DNA of 64,000 bases, taken from positions 1,534,483 through 1,598,482 of the forward strand of contig CAJJBQ010000002.1 in assembly GCA_905182405.1 (NCBI GenBank), in the 5' to 3' direction. How positions within the stretch are numbered: position 1 is the first letter of the stretch; every line of letters starts with the position of its first letter. The position numbers and the translations under genes were made by a program. Positions 1 through 10,110 of this stretch are shown piece after piece. Source of the stretch: Akkermansiaceae bacterium (GTDB taxonomy: Bacteria > Verrucomicrobiota > Verrucomicrobiia > Verrucomicrobiales > Akkermansiaceae). A model generated the notes under the pieces. The model did not search any database, had not been told where the DNA came from, and worked only from the letters and a program-made list of their open reading frames with translations.

Positions 1-839
1 TGATCCCCACCGAGCGAGATCTCCGTTTTGCCTGGGAGGAAATGCCCCAGCAAACACTCGACAAACAGCAGCAAAAGATGCGTCAATCGAGCCGTGCTGC
101 ACTCATCGGATGGGCCAGATCCTCCGGTGAAGCGTCCGACTACACCGACAACCTCCCCCTTCAGTGCCTCCATCCCGTTGGTCATTTCTTCGAAGTACCC
201 AACCTTCTTCTCAATGGCACTCTGAAATCTCTTCTCGAAGAACGTCCTCAGCTGAAGACGCTCATGCTTCACAACATCGACACCCTGGGTGCCGATCTCG
301 ACCCTGGAATTCTAGGGCATCATTTGCAAAGCAAAGCAGGACTCAGCTTCGAGGTCATCACTCGCCGACTCGAAGACCGGGGTGGTGGTCTCGCTCGCGT
401 GAACAAGAACCTCCAGCTCCTCGAGGGCCTCGCCCTTCCCCACGAGGAAGCGGAATTCGACCTCTCCTATTACAACTCGATGACAACGTGGATCGACCTC
501 GATCAACTCCTCGCTCTCTTCGAACTGGAGCGCTCAGATATCCTTGCGGACGATCAGAAAAAAATCACCTCCGGTATCCGAAAAATCGCCTCTCGCCTCC
601 CCACCTACATCACTCTCAAAGATGTCAAAAAACGTTGGGGCCACGGACAAGAAGACATCTTCCCCGTCACTCAATTCGAGAAACTCTGGGGAGATCTTAC
701 GGCCATGCCCGAAACCCAAAGCAAGTTCCTCGTCGTCCCCCGCCTTCGTGGACAACAGCTCAAGAACCCTGCCCAACTTGACTCCTGGCTGCGCGACGGC
801 TCCGCCGAACACATCGAGTCACTTTGCCAGTGGGACTAA
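1..839 (+). CDS. UTP--glucose-1-phosphate uridylyltransferase (UDPGP, PF01704-like) family protein, 5' end outside window
   Basis: Frame 3 is open from nt 3, with no stop before the listed ATG at 42. Stop is TAA 837-839. Blocks [44 protein letters not shown] and YNSMTTW line up with the PPGHGD / N-DNLGA / EVT-K-AD-KGG / VP-EF / FNTNN-W blocks of UDP-sugar pyrophosphorylases. Recognised from memory. Confidence 0.6.
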   Translation, partial: IPTERDLRFAWEEMPQQTLDKQQQKMRQSSRAALIGWARSSGEASDYTDNLPLQCLHPVGHFFEVPNLLLNGTLKSLLEERPQLKTLMLHNIDTLGADLDPGILGHHLQSKAGLSFEVITRRLEDRGGGLARVNKNLQLLEGLALPHEEAEFDLSYYNSMTTWIDLDQLLALFELERSDILADDQKKITSGIRKIASRLPTYITLKDVKKRWGHGQEDIFPVTQFEKLWGDLTAMPETQSKFLVVPRLRGQQLKNPAQLDSWLRDGSAEHIESLCQWD

Positions 840-860
840 AATTTCCCACGAAACCACTTT

Positions 861-880
861 ACTTGACCGATTAGTCAAGT
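861..880. promoter_or_regulatory. Candidate TetR-family operator (perfect inverted repeat ACTTGAC-N6-GTCAAGT)
   Basis: Arms 861-867 and 874-880 are exact reverse complements. The repeat lies in the 52-bp gap between the upstream stop (839) and the TetR GTG start (892). Confidence 0.4.
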
Positions 881-891
881 ATCTGTCCCTC

Positions 892-1515
892 GTGGGCAGA
901 ACCTCCAATACTCCTGAAAAACTCCAGGCCGCTCTCTGCGACCTGATGTGGCAGCAGAGCTACGGAAGCGTCACAATCGACGCGATCTGCGAGCGCGCCG
1001 GTGTAAAAAAGGGCTCCTTCTACCACGCCTACCCCGATAAGGCCGCCCTTTCCCTCGACGCCTTTGAATACTTCTGGGAAACCCACTCCCGCCCCTGGCT
1101 CGCCGCCGCCTTCTCGCCCACCGAGCCGCCCCTCGTCCGCATCGCCACTTGGCTCGCCACCGGAATCCATAAATCTAAGGAATGCCAATCCATTCACGGC
1201 GAACTTCACGGCTGCCCTCTCTTTAACATCGGCTCTGAAATCTCCACCTTGGAACCCGCAGTTGCCGAAAAAGTTACCGAAATCTTACGGCGCTCCCGCT
1301 CCTTCCTTACTTCCACTCTTCGCGATGCCATCGCCGAAAATAATCTCGACCTTGACGACCCTGAAGAAATCTCCCGCGATGTCTTCACGCTCGTCCAGGG
1401 CGCAATCACCCAAGGCCGCATCACCAACAAACTTGCACCGATCGAGCGCCTCCCCATCAGCGTCGCACGTCTCCTCGGCACCACCCTACCCTCCGCACAT
1501 TCCTTGACTGTTTAG
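892..1515 (+). CDS. TetR/AcrR family transcriptional regulator
   Basis: The N-terminal HTH SVTIDAICERAGVKKGSFYHAY is a classic TetR signature. The ORF track's ATG at 544 overlaps the upstream gene, so GTG 892, the first start after the palindrome, is preferred. Stop TAG 1513-1515 lies 4 nt before the adaptor gene. Confidence 0.85.
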   Translation: MGRTSNTPEKLQAALCDLMWQQSYGSVTIDAICERAGVKKGSFYHAYPDKAALSLDAFEYFWETHSRPWLAAAFSPTEPPLVRIATWLATGIHKSKECQSIHGELHGCPLFNIGSEISTLEPAVAEKVTEILRRSRSFLTSTLRDAIAENNLDLDDPEEISRDVFTLVQGAITQGRITNKLAPIERLPISVARLLGTTLPSAHSLTV

Positions 1516-1519
1516 TAAA

Positions 1520-2719
1520 ATGTCATCTCTATCGAATTCCCGTATTTCTCCTCTCGTCTTCATCGTCCTCGCGATCATCGTCCTCGGCGCCGCTTGGTGG
1601 GGTATTAACGCACTCTCCAATGCCAAGCCTGCAGGAGGCCCCGCCGCCCAAGCCCCCTCCGGACCTCCGCCCGCCACCGTCATCATGGCCCCGGTCCAAA
1701 GCATTTCCTCCACCCAGACCCAGCGCGTCGTCGGCACTCTCCGTGCCAAGTCCCGCTCAGAAATCGCCGCCCGCGAATCCGGAGCCGTTCTCGAAATCAA
1801 GGCTGATGAAGGAGACTCCGTCGCAAAGGGCACCGTCATCGCCCTCCTCGACCCCCGCCGCCTCACCGCCCAGATCGGCGAAGCCCGTGCCCAGATCACC
1901 GTCGCAAAGGCCACCGTCCACCAAAAGAAATCCCGCGTAAAGCGCTCCTCCATCGATCTCGAAATGAAAGAGAAGCTCTACCGCGACGAAGCCATCTCTC
2001 AGTCCGAAGTCCTCGATGCACGAAGCGCAAGTAACGTCGATAAATCAGTCTCCGCCGCCACCCTCGATTCCCTCAAGGCCGCTGAATCACGCCTCGAACT
2101 TCTCACCATACGCCTCGAGGACCTCACCATCAAAGCTCCCTTCGCCGGAACTGTCGTCGCACGCCACAGCGAGCTCGGTGAGTGGGTCGAGCCCGGAACT
2201 CCCATCGTCACCCTCGTTTCCACCGGTCCCATCGAGGCCTGGCTCAACGTCCCCGAGCGCTTTGCCACCGTCGCCCGTGGGAAAGAAATCCCCGTCACCC
2301 TAACCGCCACCGGCCAGACCGTCACATCCACTGCCCTCACCATTATCCCGGAAGCCGAGACGAACACCCGCACCCTCCAGATCGTCGCCACGCTGCCTAA
2401 TCCAGACAACACACTCGTCCCCGGACTCTCGGTCACCGCCGAGCTTCCCGTTACCGAAAAAGCCGAACGCCTCGCCGTCCCGGTCAATGCCGTAGTCCAA
2501 GGCTATGCCGGTCCCAGCGTCTTCATTCCCACCCGGCAAGGCGAAGGCCTGCCCATTGCCAAACGCATCCCCGTCACCATCCTCTTTCAAGATAACGCTC
2601 TCATTTATATCGAAGCTAATGGCCTCAAAGCGGGTGACCCAATTGTCGTCGAGGGCAACGAGCGCCTCTTCCCCTTCCAGCCTCTCATTATCGCGGAACG
2701 CGAAAAAGGCACCCCGTAA
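1520..2719 (+). CDS. Efflux RND transporter periplasmic adaptor subunit (MFP/HlyD family)
   Basis: It has an N-terminal membrane anchor and lipoyl/beta-barrel motifs (GTVIALLDP, IKAPFAGTVV). It sits between the TetR gene and the RND pump. Confidence 0.9.
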   Translation: MSSLSNSRISPLVFIVLAIIVLGAAWWGINALSNAKPAGGPAAQAPSGPPPATVIMAPVQSISSTQTQRVVGTLRAKSRSEIAARESGAVLEIKADEGDSVAKGTVIALLDPRRLTAQIGEARAQITVAKATVHQKKSRVKRSSIDLEMKEKLYRDEAISQSEVLDARSASNVDKSVSAATLDSLKAAESRLELLTIRLEDLTIKAPFAGTVVARHSELGEWVEPGTPIVTLVSTGPIEAWLNVPERFATVARGKEIPVTLTATGQTVTSTALTIIPEAETNTRTLQIVATLPNPDNTLVPGLSVTAELPVTEKAERLAVPVNAVVQGYAGPSVFIPTRQGEGLPIAKRIPVTILFQDNALIYIEANGLKAGDPIVVEGNERLFPFQPLIIAEREKGTP

Positions 2720-2731
2720 AACTCTCAACCG

Positions 2732-5700
2732 ATGAGCATTCAAAAGTCATCTCAAGGCGGAATCATCGCCAACGCGATCTCGCAACCTATCACGGTCGCC
2801 GTCGCCACTCTTCTTGCAGTCTTTGCTGGCATCCTCGCCGTCACTGTCGTCCCCATCCGTATGACTCCCGAGGTCTCCTCGGTCGTCGTCTCAGTCACCA
2901 CAAACTGGGAATCAGCCTCTGCCGATGAAGTCGAATCAGACATCATCGAGGAGCAGGAAAAAGTTCTCGGGGAGGTCACCGGACTTATCTCACTCACCTC
3001 CACCTCCGCCAACGGCCAAGGCTCCATCCGCATGGAGTTTGAAACCGGAACCGATATCGAAAAAGCCACCTCCGACGCCCTTCAAAAACTCGATGAAGTC
3101 CCCGGCTATCCCGACGGCGTCCTCCAGCCCACCGTCGAACCGGTCGATATCGACTCGGTTGATTACATCGCCTGGATCGGCCTCGCCTCCACCGACCCTG
3201 ACTTCCCCGCCGAGACTCTCAACGACCTCATGGAGCGCCGTATCCGCCCCCGCTTTGAGCGGATCGATGGGATATCGCAAGTCGGCGTCCGGGGCTCGGT
3301 CCAGTCCGAACTTCACATCATTGTCGATCCTGTCGCGATGGCCCAACGTGGCATCACTTACGCAGCTCTTCGCCAGGCGATCACCTCGGCCAACGCCAAC
3401 TTCTCAGGAGGAAAACTCGCCGACGGAAAGCGCGACATCCGCGTCCGCGCCACCGGTAGATTCCAAGACCCCGAGAGCGTCGAGAATATGGTCGTGCGTC
3501 GTAACGACTCCGGCACGATCTACCTCCGCGATATCGCCACCGTCGAAACCGCCTTTAAAGAACGCACCTCTTGGGTCCGTGCCCGCGGCATCCAAATGCC
3601 CTTTTTTAACTTCCAGCTTGAGCGCGGCGCCAACCTCCTCGAGTCCATGGAGACCCTCCGCAACGAGGTCAAAAAACTCAACGCACCCGGCGGCCTTCTC
3701 GCTCAGGAAGCGCGTGATCTCGGAATGAGCGGCACCCTTGAGCTTGTCCAAACCTACGACTCCACCACTTATGTCGAGGACGCCATCGATCTCGTCCGCA
3801 GTAACATCCTCGTCGGAGCAGTCCTCGCTACTCTTACCCTCCTTTTCTTCCTCCGCTCACTCCGCACTGTCGGCATCATTGCACTCGCCATTCCCGTCTC
3901 GGTCATCGCTTCGCTCGTCGTCCTCGTCGCACTGGGCCGCTCGATCAATATTATCTCCCTCGCCGGTCTCGCCTTCGCCGTCGGCATGGTCGTGGACAAT
4001 GCCATCGTCGTCATCGAGAACATCTACCGCCATCTTGAATTCGGTAAAAAGCCCCGACAAGCCGCGCTCGACGGATCAAAGGAAGTCGCCGGCGCGGTCG
4101 TCGCTTCCACCATGACTACCCTCATCGTCTTCGCCCCCATCCTCCTCATTCAGGAGATCGCCGGGCAGCTCTTCCGCGACATCGCCCTTGCCATCATGGT
4201 CTCGGTCGGGCTCTCCATGATCGTCTCGCTCACTCTCATCCCCGCCGCTGCCGCCCGCTTCCTCAGTCCTCCTAAAAAAGAAGGCGATAGCTCCTTCGAT
4301 CGACTCTTCAGCGGCAAGTTCTTCCGCATCATCGGCGCTCCCTTCCGTCCGATCGCGATGCTCTTCAACAGCCTTCCCCGGATCATCGGGGGCACCGTCG
4401 GATGGCTCATTGCGGGAACTCTCCGCCGCCTCACCGTCGTCATCGTTTTCCTCCTCATCACTTTCTTCGGCGTCAAGATCCTCCTTCCCCCGCTCGATTA
4501 TCTCCCTTCAGGAAATCGGAACCTCGTCATCGGCCTCCTCTTCCCGGCACCCAGCTACAACCTCGAAGCCCTTAAGGAAACAGGAAAGCGTATGGAGTCC
4601 ACGATCGCCCCCGCCTGGGAAGCCACCGAAGATAAATTCCAAGTCGAAAGGATTATGCGCGGCAGCGAGCGTGATCCCGATCAAGACTCCCGTGTCGAGG
4701 TTCCCCGGCCCTATGGCCAGCCCGGCACCGTGATGCCTCCGCCTCTTGATCACTACTTTCTCGTCTCTTTCGAGGGCCGCATGCTCCAAGTCGCGATCTC
4801 CGCTGACAAGACGCGCGTAATCGATACCATTCCCCTTTTAAATCAGGCAACCGCTGGAGGAGCTGCTCCGGACACCATTGCCTTCGCCTTCCAAGTCCCC
4901 CTCTTCCGCGTCGCCGGAACGACTGGCTCCGCCATCAAAATTGACATCAAAGGCAACGACCTCGACTCCGTCGCCAAGACCGCCACCGGCCTCTTTATGA
5001 CCTTCTTACAGAAATTCGGCCCCGGAAAAGTCAACACCTCGCCGCCCAACTTTAACCAACCTCTCGAAGAGCTCCGCATCGTTCCCAATGACGAGCGCCT
5101 CCGTGAACTCGGCATGACCCGCACCGACCTCGGACTCGCGGTTCAAGCTGCGGGCGAAGGCATCCTCCTCTTCCGCGACTTCGAGAAAAACGGCGAGCTC
5201 AAGGACATGAAAATTATCACGCAGGGAGCGCTTGAGAAGCGCCCCTTCGAAGCCCTCCTCTCAACTCCCATCGCCACTCCCGGCGGCAGCATCATCGATC
5301 TCAGCTCCCTCGCCACTCTCCAAAAAACTCTCGGCCCCGAGCAGATCCGCCACGTCGACCGACTCCGCGCCGTCACCATCGAGGTCACCCCTCCCACCGG
5401 CATGGCCCTCGAGCAAGCAATCGACAAAGTCGAAGGAATCATTACCGCCCAACAAGCCTCCGGCGCCATCGCCCCCGGCGTCCAGGTCCAGATCGCCGGC
5501 TCCTCAGACGCCCTCGGCGAAATCAAAGAAGCCCTCCTCGGCGATGGCTCTTTCTTCGGCCTTTTCACCTCCTCTCTCTTCCTCGCCCTCTTCGTCGTAT
5601 ATCTCCTTATGGTCGTCCTCTTCCAAAGTTGGTCCTACCCCTTGGTCATCATCCTCTCCGTCCCCCTCGCCACTGTCGGCGGACTGCTCGGTCTTTTCCT

Positions 5701-6106
5701 CGTCCACCACGCCTCTCTCGCAAACCCCTACATGCCAGTTCAAAACATGGACGTTCTCACCATTTTAGGATTCGTCATCCTCGCCGGAGTCGTCGTGAAC
5801 AACGCTATCCTCATCGTCCACCAAACAATCAACTTAATGAAAGAGAACCCCTCCCGCGATACCAACGAAGCCATCCGGGAATCCGTCACTTCCCGCGTCC
5901 GCCCCATTCTCATGTCCACCCTCACCTCAGTAGGAGGAATGCTCCCCCTCGTTCTCCTCCCGGGATCAGGATCGGAACTTTATCGGGGCCTCGGAGCCGT
6001 CGTCGTCGGCGGACTGGCAGTCTCCACGGTCTTTACCATGTTCCTCGTTCCCACCGTCCTCTCCCTCGTCTTCGCCTTCAGCAAACCAAAAGTGAAAACT
6101 GCCTAA
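2732..6106 (+). CDS. Efflux RND transporter permease subunit (AcrB/HAE1 type)
   Basis: 1124 aa with a 12-TM layout and two large periplasmic loops. Motifs VGMVVDNAIVVIENI and GFVILAGVVVNNAILIV are present. Confidence 0.95.
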   Translation: MSIQKSSQGGIIANAISQPITVAVATLLAVFAGILAVTVVPIRMTPEVSSVVVSVTTNWESASADEVESDIIEEQEKVLGEVTGLISLTSTSANGQGSIRMEFETGTDIEKATSDALQKLDEVPGYPDGVLQPTVEPVDIDSVDYIAWIGLASTDPDFPAETLNDLMERRIRPRFERIDGISQVGVRGSVQSELHIIVDPVAMAQRGITYAALRQAITSANANFSGGKLADGKRDIRVRATGRFQDPESVENMVVRRNDSGTIYLRDIATVETAFKERTSWVRARGIQMPFFNFQLERGANLLESMETLRNEVKKLNAPGGLLAQEARDLGMSGTLELVQTYDSTTYVEDAIDLVRSNILVGAVLATLTLLFFLRSLRTVGIIALAIPVSVIASLVVLVALGRSINIISLAGLAFAVGMVVDNAIVVIENIYRHLEFGKKPRQAALDGSKEVAGAVVASTMTTLIVFAPILLIQEIAGQLFRDIALAIMVSVGLSMIVSLTLIPAAAARFLSPPKKEGDSSFDRLFSGKFFRIIGAPFRPIAMLFNSLPRIIGGTVGWLIAGTLRRLTVVIVFLLITFFGVKILLPPLDYLPSGNRNLVIGLLFPAPSYNLEALKETGKRMESTIAPAWEATEDKFQVERIMRGSERDPDQDSRVEVPRPYGQPGTVMPPPLDHYFLVSFEGRMLQVAISADKTRVIDTIPLLNQATAGGAAPDTIAFAFQVPLFRVAGTTGSAIKIDIKGNDLDSVAKTATGLFMTFLQKFGPGKVNTSPPNFNQPLEELRIVPNDERLRELGMTRTDLGLAVQAAGEGILLFRDFEKNGELKDMKIITQGALEKRPFEALLSTPIATPGGSIIDLSSLATLQKTLGPEQIRHVDRLRAVTIEVTPPTGMALEQAIDKVEGIITAQQASGAIAPGVQVQIAGSSDALGEIKEALLGDGSFFGLFTSSLFLALFVVYLLMVVLFQSWSYPLVIILSVPLATVGGLLGLFLVHHASLANPYMPVQNMDVLTILGFVILAGVVVNNAILIVHQTINLMKENPSRDTNEAIRESVTSRVRPILMSTLTSVGGMLPLVLLPGSGSELYRGLGAVVVGGLAVSTVFTMFLVPTVLSLVFAFSKPKVKTA

Positions 6107-6125
6107 CTCTCACTTCGCCACCGCC

Positions 6126-7508
6126 ATGCGCCTTCCTTTTTCAAAAAGCCTCCTCGCCCTCTCCTGCGCGATCATCGCTTCCTGCACCTCCGTTGGGCCT
6201 GACTATCAAAAAACTGACACCCCGCTCCCCCCCTCCTACAAGGCCGTCGGACTTTCAACTCCTCCCATGACCGGAAAATGGTGGTCCACCTTTTCCGACC
6301 CCACTCTCTCCTTACTCCTCATCAAGGCCGAAAAAGCGAACCCTCAATCCTTAACCGCTCTCGCCCGGCTGGATCAAGCCCATGCCATTTTAGGAATCAC
6401 CCGCTCTGAGCGCATTCCACGCCTCACTGCGGAGGCCCTTGTCACCCGCCAGCAAGACTCCACCCGCGACGTATTCCCGGTCCCCTCCGATTCCTACTCA
6501 CGCTACCGCTCCGCGTTAAACCTGAGCTACGAAATCGATTTCTGGGGCCGCGTCCGCAGATCCATCAACCAGCAAGAAGCGCTCACCCAAGCAGCAGGAG
6601 CCGACTACGTCACCGCAATGCTCTCGACCAAAGCGGAAGTCACCCGCGATTATCTGGCCCTTCGGCATCTCGATGACGAAATCTCTCTCCTCTCCGGAAC
6701 GATCAAACTCCGCCAAGATAACGAATCTCTCGTCAAAGCTCGGGTCGACGCCGGTGCCACTACCTCCATCGACTCAGCCCGCGCTCAAAGCCAAACCGAA
6801 ACAACCCGCGCCGAACTCTTCCGCCTTATTCAGCGCCGCCGCGAGCTCGAAAATGCAATCGCCGTGCTCATCGGCCAAAATCCTTCTAGTTTCAAACTCC
6901 CTCTGGGTTCACCACCCCGAACCCCAAACATCCCCAGTGGAGTTCCCGCCGATCTGCTACGACGTCGGCCCGATGTCGCGGCCACCGAACGACGCCTTGC
7001 CGCGGCCGCCGAGCAAATTGGTATCACCATCGCCAGCTACCTCCCCAAAGTCACCCTCACGGGCGCAGGAGGTTATGCCGCCCTCCAATCCTCGGACCTT
7101 TTTAATCAAAGTAGTCGACTTTGGTCGATCGGACCCACCATCACTGGCCCCATCGTCACCTTTGGCCGAAAAGACCGCGACATCGAAATCGCGCAAGCAC
7201 GCTACCGCGAAGCACTCGCCCTGCATCGCGACTCCGTCCTCAACGCCTTCCGCGATGTCGAAAATGCCCTCTCTGGAATCAGTAATCTCGACCAAGTCCT
7301 CATGGCCCAGCGGAAATCATCCGACGCCGCTGACGAAGCATCCCGCCTTACCAAACTCCGATATGACGCCGGTCTCGTCTCTTTCTTTGAAATCATCGAC
7401 GCGCAGCGTGAAGGTCTTCAAGAAAAGCGGGCCCTGAGCCAGACCCGCGCCGCTCGCCAGCAAGCCACTGTCCAACTGATCCAAGCCCTGGGAGGAGGAT
7501 GGAAATGA
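6126..7508 (+). CDS. Efflux transporter outer membrane factor lipoprotein, NodT family
   Basis: It has a lipobox (IIASC), a two-repeat OEP architecture and a C-terminal ALGGGW. It is the last gene of the efflux operon. Confidence 0.9.
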   Translation: MRLPFSKSLLALSCAIIASCTSVGPDYQKTDTPLPPSYKAVGLSTPPMTGKWWSTFSDPTLSLLLIKAEKANPQSLTALARLDQAHAILGITRSERIPRLTAEALVTRQQDSTRDVFPVPSDSYSRYRSALNLSYEIDFWGRVRRSINQQEALTQAAGADYVTAMLSTKAEVTRDYLALRHLDDEISLLSGTIKLRQDNESLVKARVDAGATTSIDSARAQSQTETTRAELFRLIQRRRELENAIAVLIGQNPSSFKLPLGSPPRTPNIPSGVPADLLRRRPDVAATERRLAAAAEQIGITIASYLPKVTLTGAGGYAALQSSDLFNQSSRLWSIGPTITGPIVTFGRKDRDIEIAQARYREALALHRDSVLNAFRDVENALSGISNLDQVLMAQRKSSDAADEASRLTKLRYDAGLVSFFEIIDAQREGLQEKRALSQTRAARQQATVQLIQALGGGWK

Positions 7509-7577
7509 GAGATCGCCTAGAATGAATTTACTCTTCTCGCTTGCCCTTTTAAGCCACTCTGTCAAACCCGCATCATT

Positions 7578-8213
7578 ATGAAATTAAAAACCCCGCTCCT
7601 TCTTTCCTCCGCTCTCCTCATTTTCACTTCTTGTAAGTCGGAAGAAACCCCCGCAACGCCCGATGAGCCTTCAAACAAGACTGAGACCCAGACCGCAACG
7701 AAAGAAGATGCACCCGTTGAGCCAAAACCTGTCGCACCAGTTCCTGTCGCACCAGTTCCTGTCGTCTCGGCTCCCGTGGTGAAACCCGCCGAACCCGCTC
7801 CTGCACCCAAGCCAGCTCCAGTCATCACACCTAAGAAAATGACGATTGAAGAGCTTGCCGCGAATATCGCTAAAGACCCCAAAGCGGTCGCTAAAAAAGT
7901 GGCCGATCTTCAGGGCGCAATTGCTGGACTGATGGAAAGCGTCGTTGATACCGAAACCGCCGAACTCGCGCTATTCGAGCTCGACCCCATCTTCGACGAC
8001 ATGAAAGTTCTTGGGGAAGCGATGGCCTCCGCCAACAAAGACCTCGACCCGGAGCTGACCGCCGACCTTCAAAAAATCGCGGCGGCCCCTCAAGCCCGCC
8101 TTCAAGCTGCCATGATGCAAGCCGCTCCCGTCTTCATGGCCGACCCCAAGCTCAGGACCAAGCTCCAGGGAACCATGCAAAAGCTCATGCAAGCTCGGAA
8201 GGTCGGTCAGTAA
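7578..8213 (+). CDS. Hypothetical lipoprotein with a Pro/Ala/Val-rich linker
   Basis: It has a signal peptide with lipobox LIFTSC, a (PVAPV)n linker, then a helical domain. No family was recognised. Confidence 0.5.
   Translation: MKLKTPLLLSSALLIFTSCKSEETPATPDEPSNKTETQTATKEDAPVEPKPVAPVPVAPVPVVSAPVVKPAEPAPAPKPAPVITPKKMTIEELAANIAKDPKAVAKKVADLQGAIAGLMESVVDTETAELALFELDPIFDDMKVLGEAMASANKDLDPELTADLQKIAAAPQARLQAAMMQAAPVFMADPKLRTKLQGTMQKLMQARKVGQ
7728..7764 (+). repeat. 15-bp tandem repeat CCTGTCGCACCAGTT, about 2.5 copies, in-frame (PVAPV)
   Basis: Units at 7728-7742 and 7743-7757 are identical. A partial third unit follows at 7758-7764. Confidence 0.8.
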
Positions 8214-8242
8214 AGGCCGTTTCCTGCGTTCATTTTCTCTCG

Positions 8243-8737
8243 ATGAAATCTGTCGTAATTTACACCGATGGAGGAGCTCGGGGAAACCCCGGACCCGGAG
8301 GATTCGGAGCTATTCTCGTCTTTGGACAGTTTCAAAAGGAGCTCAACGGAGCCTTTAGGCACACCACGAACAATCGCATGGAGCTGATGGCGGCCATCAG
8401 CGCATTGGAACTCCTGAGCGAACCTTGCGAAGCCATGCTTCACTCTGATTCCAAATACGTCGTCGATGCTCTGAACAAAAACTGGCTCACCAACTGGAAG
8501 AAAAAGGGCTGGAAAAAGTCCGACAAAAAGCCAGTCCTCAACAAAGACCTCTGGCAACGCCTCGACGCCGCTCAAGCCAAGCACAAGATGGTTTGGAAAT
8601 GGGTCAAGGGCCACGCCGGCAATGAACTCAACGAGCGCTGCGATGAACTCGTCCACGAAGCCATCGACGCGGGTAACCTCGTCACCGACCAAGGATACCT
8701 CGATTCCCAGGCACCCGCGAGCGACACGCTTCTCTAG
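8243..8737 (+). CDS. rnhA: Ribonuclease HI
   Basis: YTDGGARGNPGPGG, TNNRMEL, HSDSKYV and WVKGHAGNELNERCDEL give the RNase H catalytic residue context. Length is 164 aa. Confidence 0.9.
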   Translation: MKSVVIYTDGGARGNPGPGGFGAILVFGQFQKELNGAFRHTTNNRMELMAAISALELLSEPCEAMLHSDSKYVVDALNKNWLTNWKKKGWKKSDKKPVLNKDLWQRLDAAQAKHKMVWKWVKGHAGNELNERCDELVHEAIDAGNLVTDQGYLDSQAPASDTLL

Positions 8738-8871
8738 AGAGTGCAACGGAACATCTTGTCCTAATAAACAGGGCCAAAGGCTCGACCTCATACCAGCATG
8801 GGGCACCGCCCCATGTCCTCAGCCATTCAAAAGTAGTGAGCTGAAGGCCCGCCTTATAGGGGCATAAAATC

Positions 8872-9975
8872 TTAGCTCGTCTCTTTGTTAAAGTAGACCT
8901 TGATAAATTGCATCTTCTTCTCCTCGTCGTAGCCTTTTTCAAGGACCTTCTCGGGAGAAGCCACCACCGATGGCTTGAGACGAAGTTCGACTCCGGTATC
9001 GAGCTTCATGATCGATTTCATCATCTTCTTCGCCTTGGAAATATCTTTCTGAGAAAGCTCAAATCCTTCTTCCAGGGTCACGCCATCTTCTTCCTCCACC
9101 CGCTTGCGCTCTTCCTTAAATTTCTGCCGCGCAGCATCGCTCCGCAGCGCCTTTTCCTCAAACTCCTGCATGCTGAAGTGCTTCTTGTCATCAAAGTACG
9201 AAAGCGCTTCTTGCGCCGCGTTGTTCACCTCCCAAGGTGGCGAGGTATCATCCGCCGCACGAGGAGGCGCAGTTTCGGAAATCGCGGTGACCGCCATTTC
9301 AGCCATCTTTTTCGAAAGGAGCGCTGAGTCGGCGATAGGAATGACACTCAAGAAATCACGAACCCAGAAACGTGACTCGGAACTCCCCCGATCGAAAGTA
9401 AGGACGTAAAAGCCCTTCTTCTGATGGTGGTCCACAATCAAACACCCCTTATCAATCTTCTCCGGATTAATCCCGTGCTCCGTGTTGAGTTGAAGGTCGC
9501 CGTCATTTGCCGAAATGCTGAGAAAAGGAGTCACACTTTCGGACTTCAGGATGCAAAGCCCCTGCACTTGATCCTCGTCCATCTGAATCCCATCAATCTG
9601 GGAAATGCAAAGATCTCCCGATTTGATGTTCGGGTGAGTCGATTTCGAGTGCAGCCGCTGGGCAATTTCTTTTCCCTTATCAAGCAACTTGGAAGAATCA
9701 TCGAAAAGCTCCTCCACCAAAGTATTCAGCTCATGCTTCGCAAGCGAGCTATGATGATGAAACCTCTGCCCCACGAGGCTGAAGCTCTTAAAGGGGCGTA
9801 GGAAAATCGAAGTCAAGGTCGGCTGATCTTCCTCCTCGACATGAAAAAGCGTCTTCGACGTCTGCAAGGCTTCGTCCCGCGAGGGATTTCCAACTTTTGC
9901 GAGGACAAGACCAGAGATAGTGGCGTTTTCGAAATCAAGCTTCAGGTTCACGGACTTGGATGTAATCGCCTTCAT
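8872..9975 (-). CDS. Nucleoid-associated protein, NdpA/YejK-like (PF04245-like)
   Basis: Motifs STHPNIKSGDL, LCILKSE, IDKGCLIV and FWVRDFL resemble the NdpA family as seen in Bacteroidota and PVC bacteria. This is from memory and is not search-verified. Confidence 0.55.
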   Translation of the reverse strand: MKAITSKSVNLKLDFENATISGLVLAKVGNPSRDEALQTSKTLFHVEEEDQPTLTSIFLRPFKSFSLVGQRFHHHSSLAKHELNTLVEELFDDSSKLLDKGKEIAQRLHSKSTHPNIKSGDLCISQIDGIQMDEDQVQGLCILKSESVTPFLSISANDGDLQLNTEHGINPEKIDKGCLIVDHHQKKGFYVLTFDRGSSESRFWVRDFLSVIPIADSALLSKKMAEMAVTAISETAPPRAADDTSPPWEVNNAAQEALSYFDDKKHFSMQEFEEKALRSDAARQKFKEERKRVEEEDGVTLEEGFELSQKDISKAKKMMKSIMKLDTGVELRLKPSVVASPEKVLEKGYDEEKKMQFIKVYFNKETS

Positions 9976-10026
9976 TCAATTTGGGAATTTCAATCGTCTT
10001 TCTCCTCATTGTTTTTCTGAATTGTC

Positions 10027-10092
10027 GCGCAGCGCTCCAACATCATCGTCATCCTAGCCGATGACATGGGCGATTCAGATCTCGGTGCCTAA
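10027..10092 (+). pseudogene. Remnant of a sulfatase N-terminus
   Basis: The short frame AQRSNIIVILADDMGDSDLGA-stop matches the PNIIxIxADDxGxxDLG block that opens type I sulfatases. It is bounded by TGA 10018-10020 and TAA 10090-10092. There is no signal peptide and no downstream CxPxR region. Confidence 0.45.
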
Positions 10093-10110
10093 GGCAGCGA
10101 AATCCCCACC

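Noticed and set aside
8207-8806. A 199-aa minus-strand ORF across the rnhA locus.
   Set aside because: It is antisense to a textbook RNase HI gene and has no recognisable features.
8798-8814. A hairpin, ATGGGGC-acc-GCCCCAT, between convergent rnhA and the ndpA-like gene, considered as a bidirectional terminator.
   Set aside because: It has only a 7-bp stem and a 3-nt loop, with no U-tract on either side. That is too weak to call.
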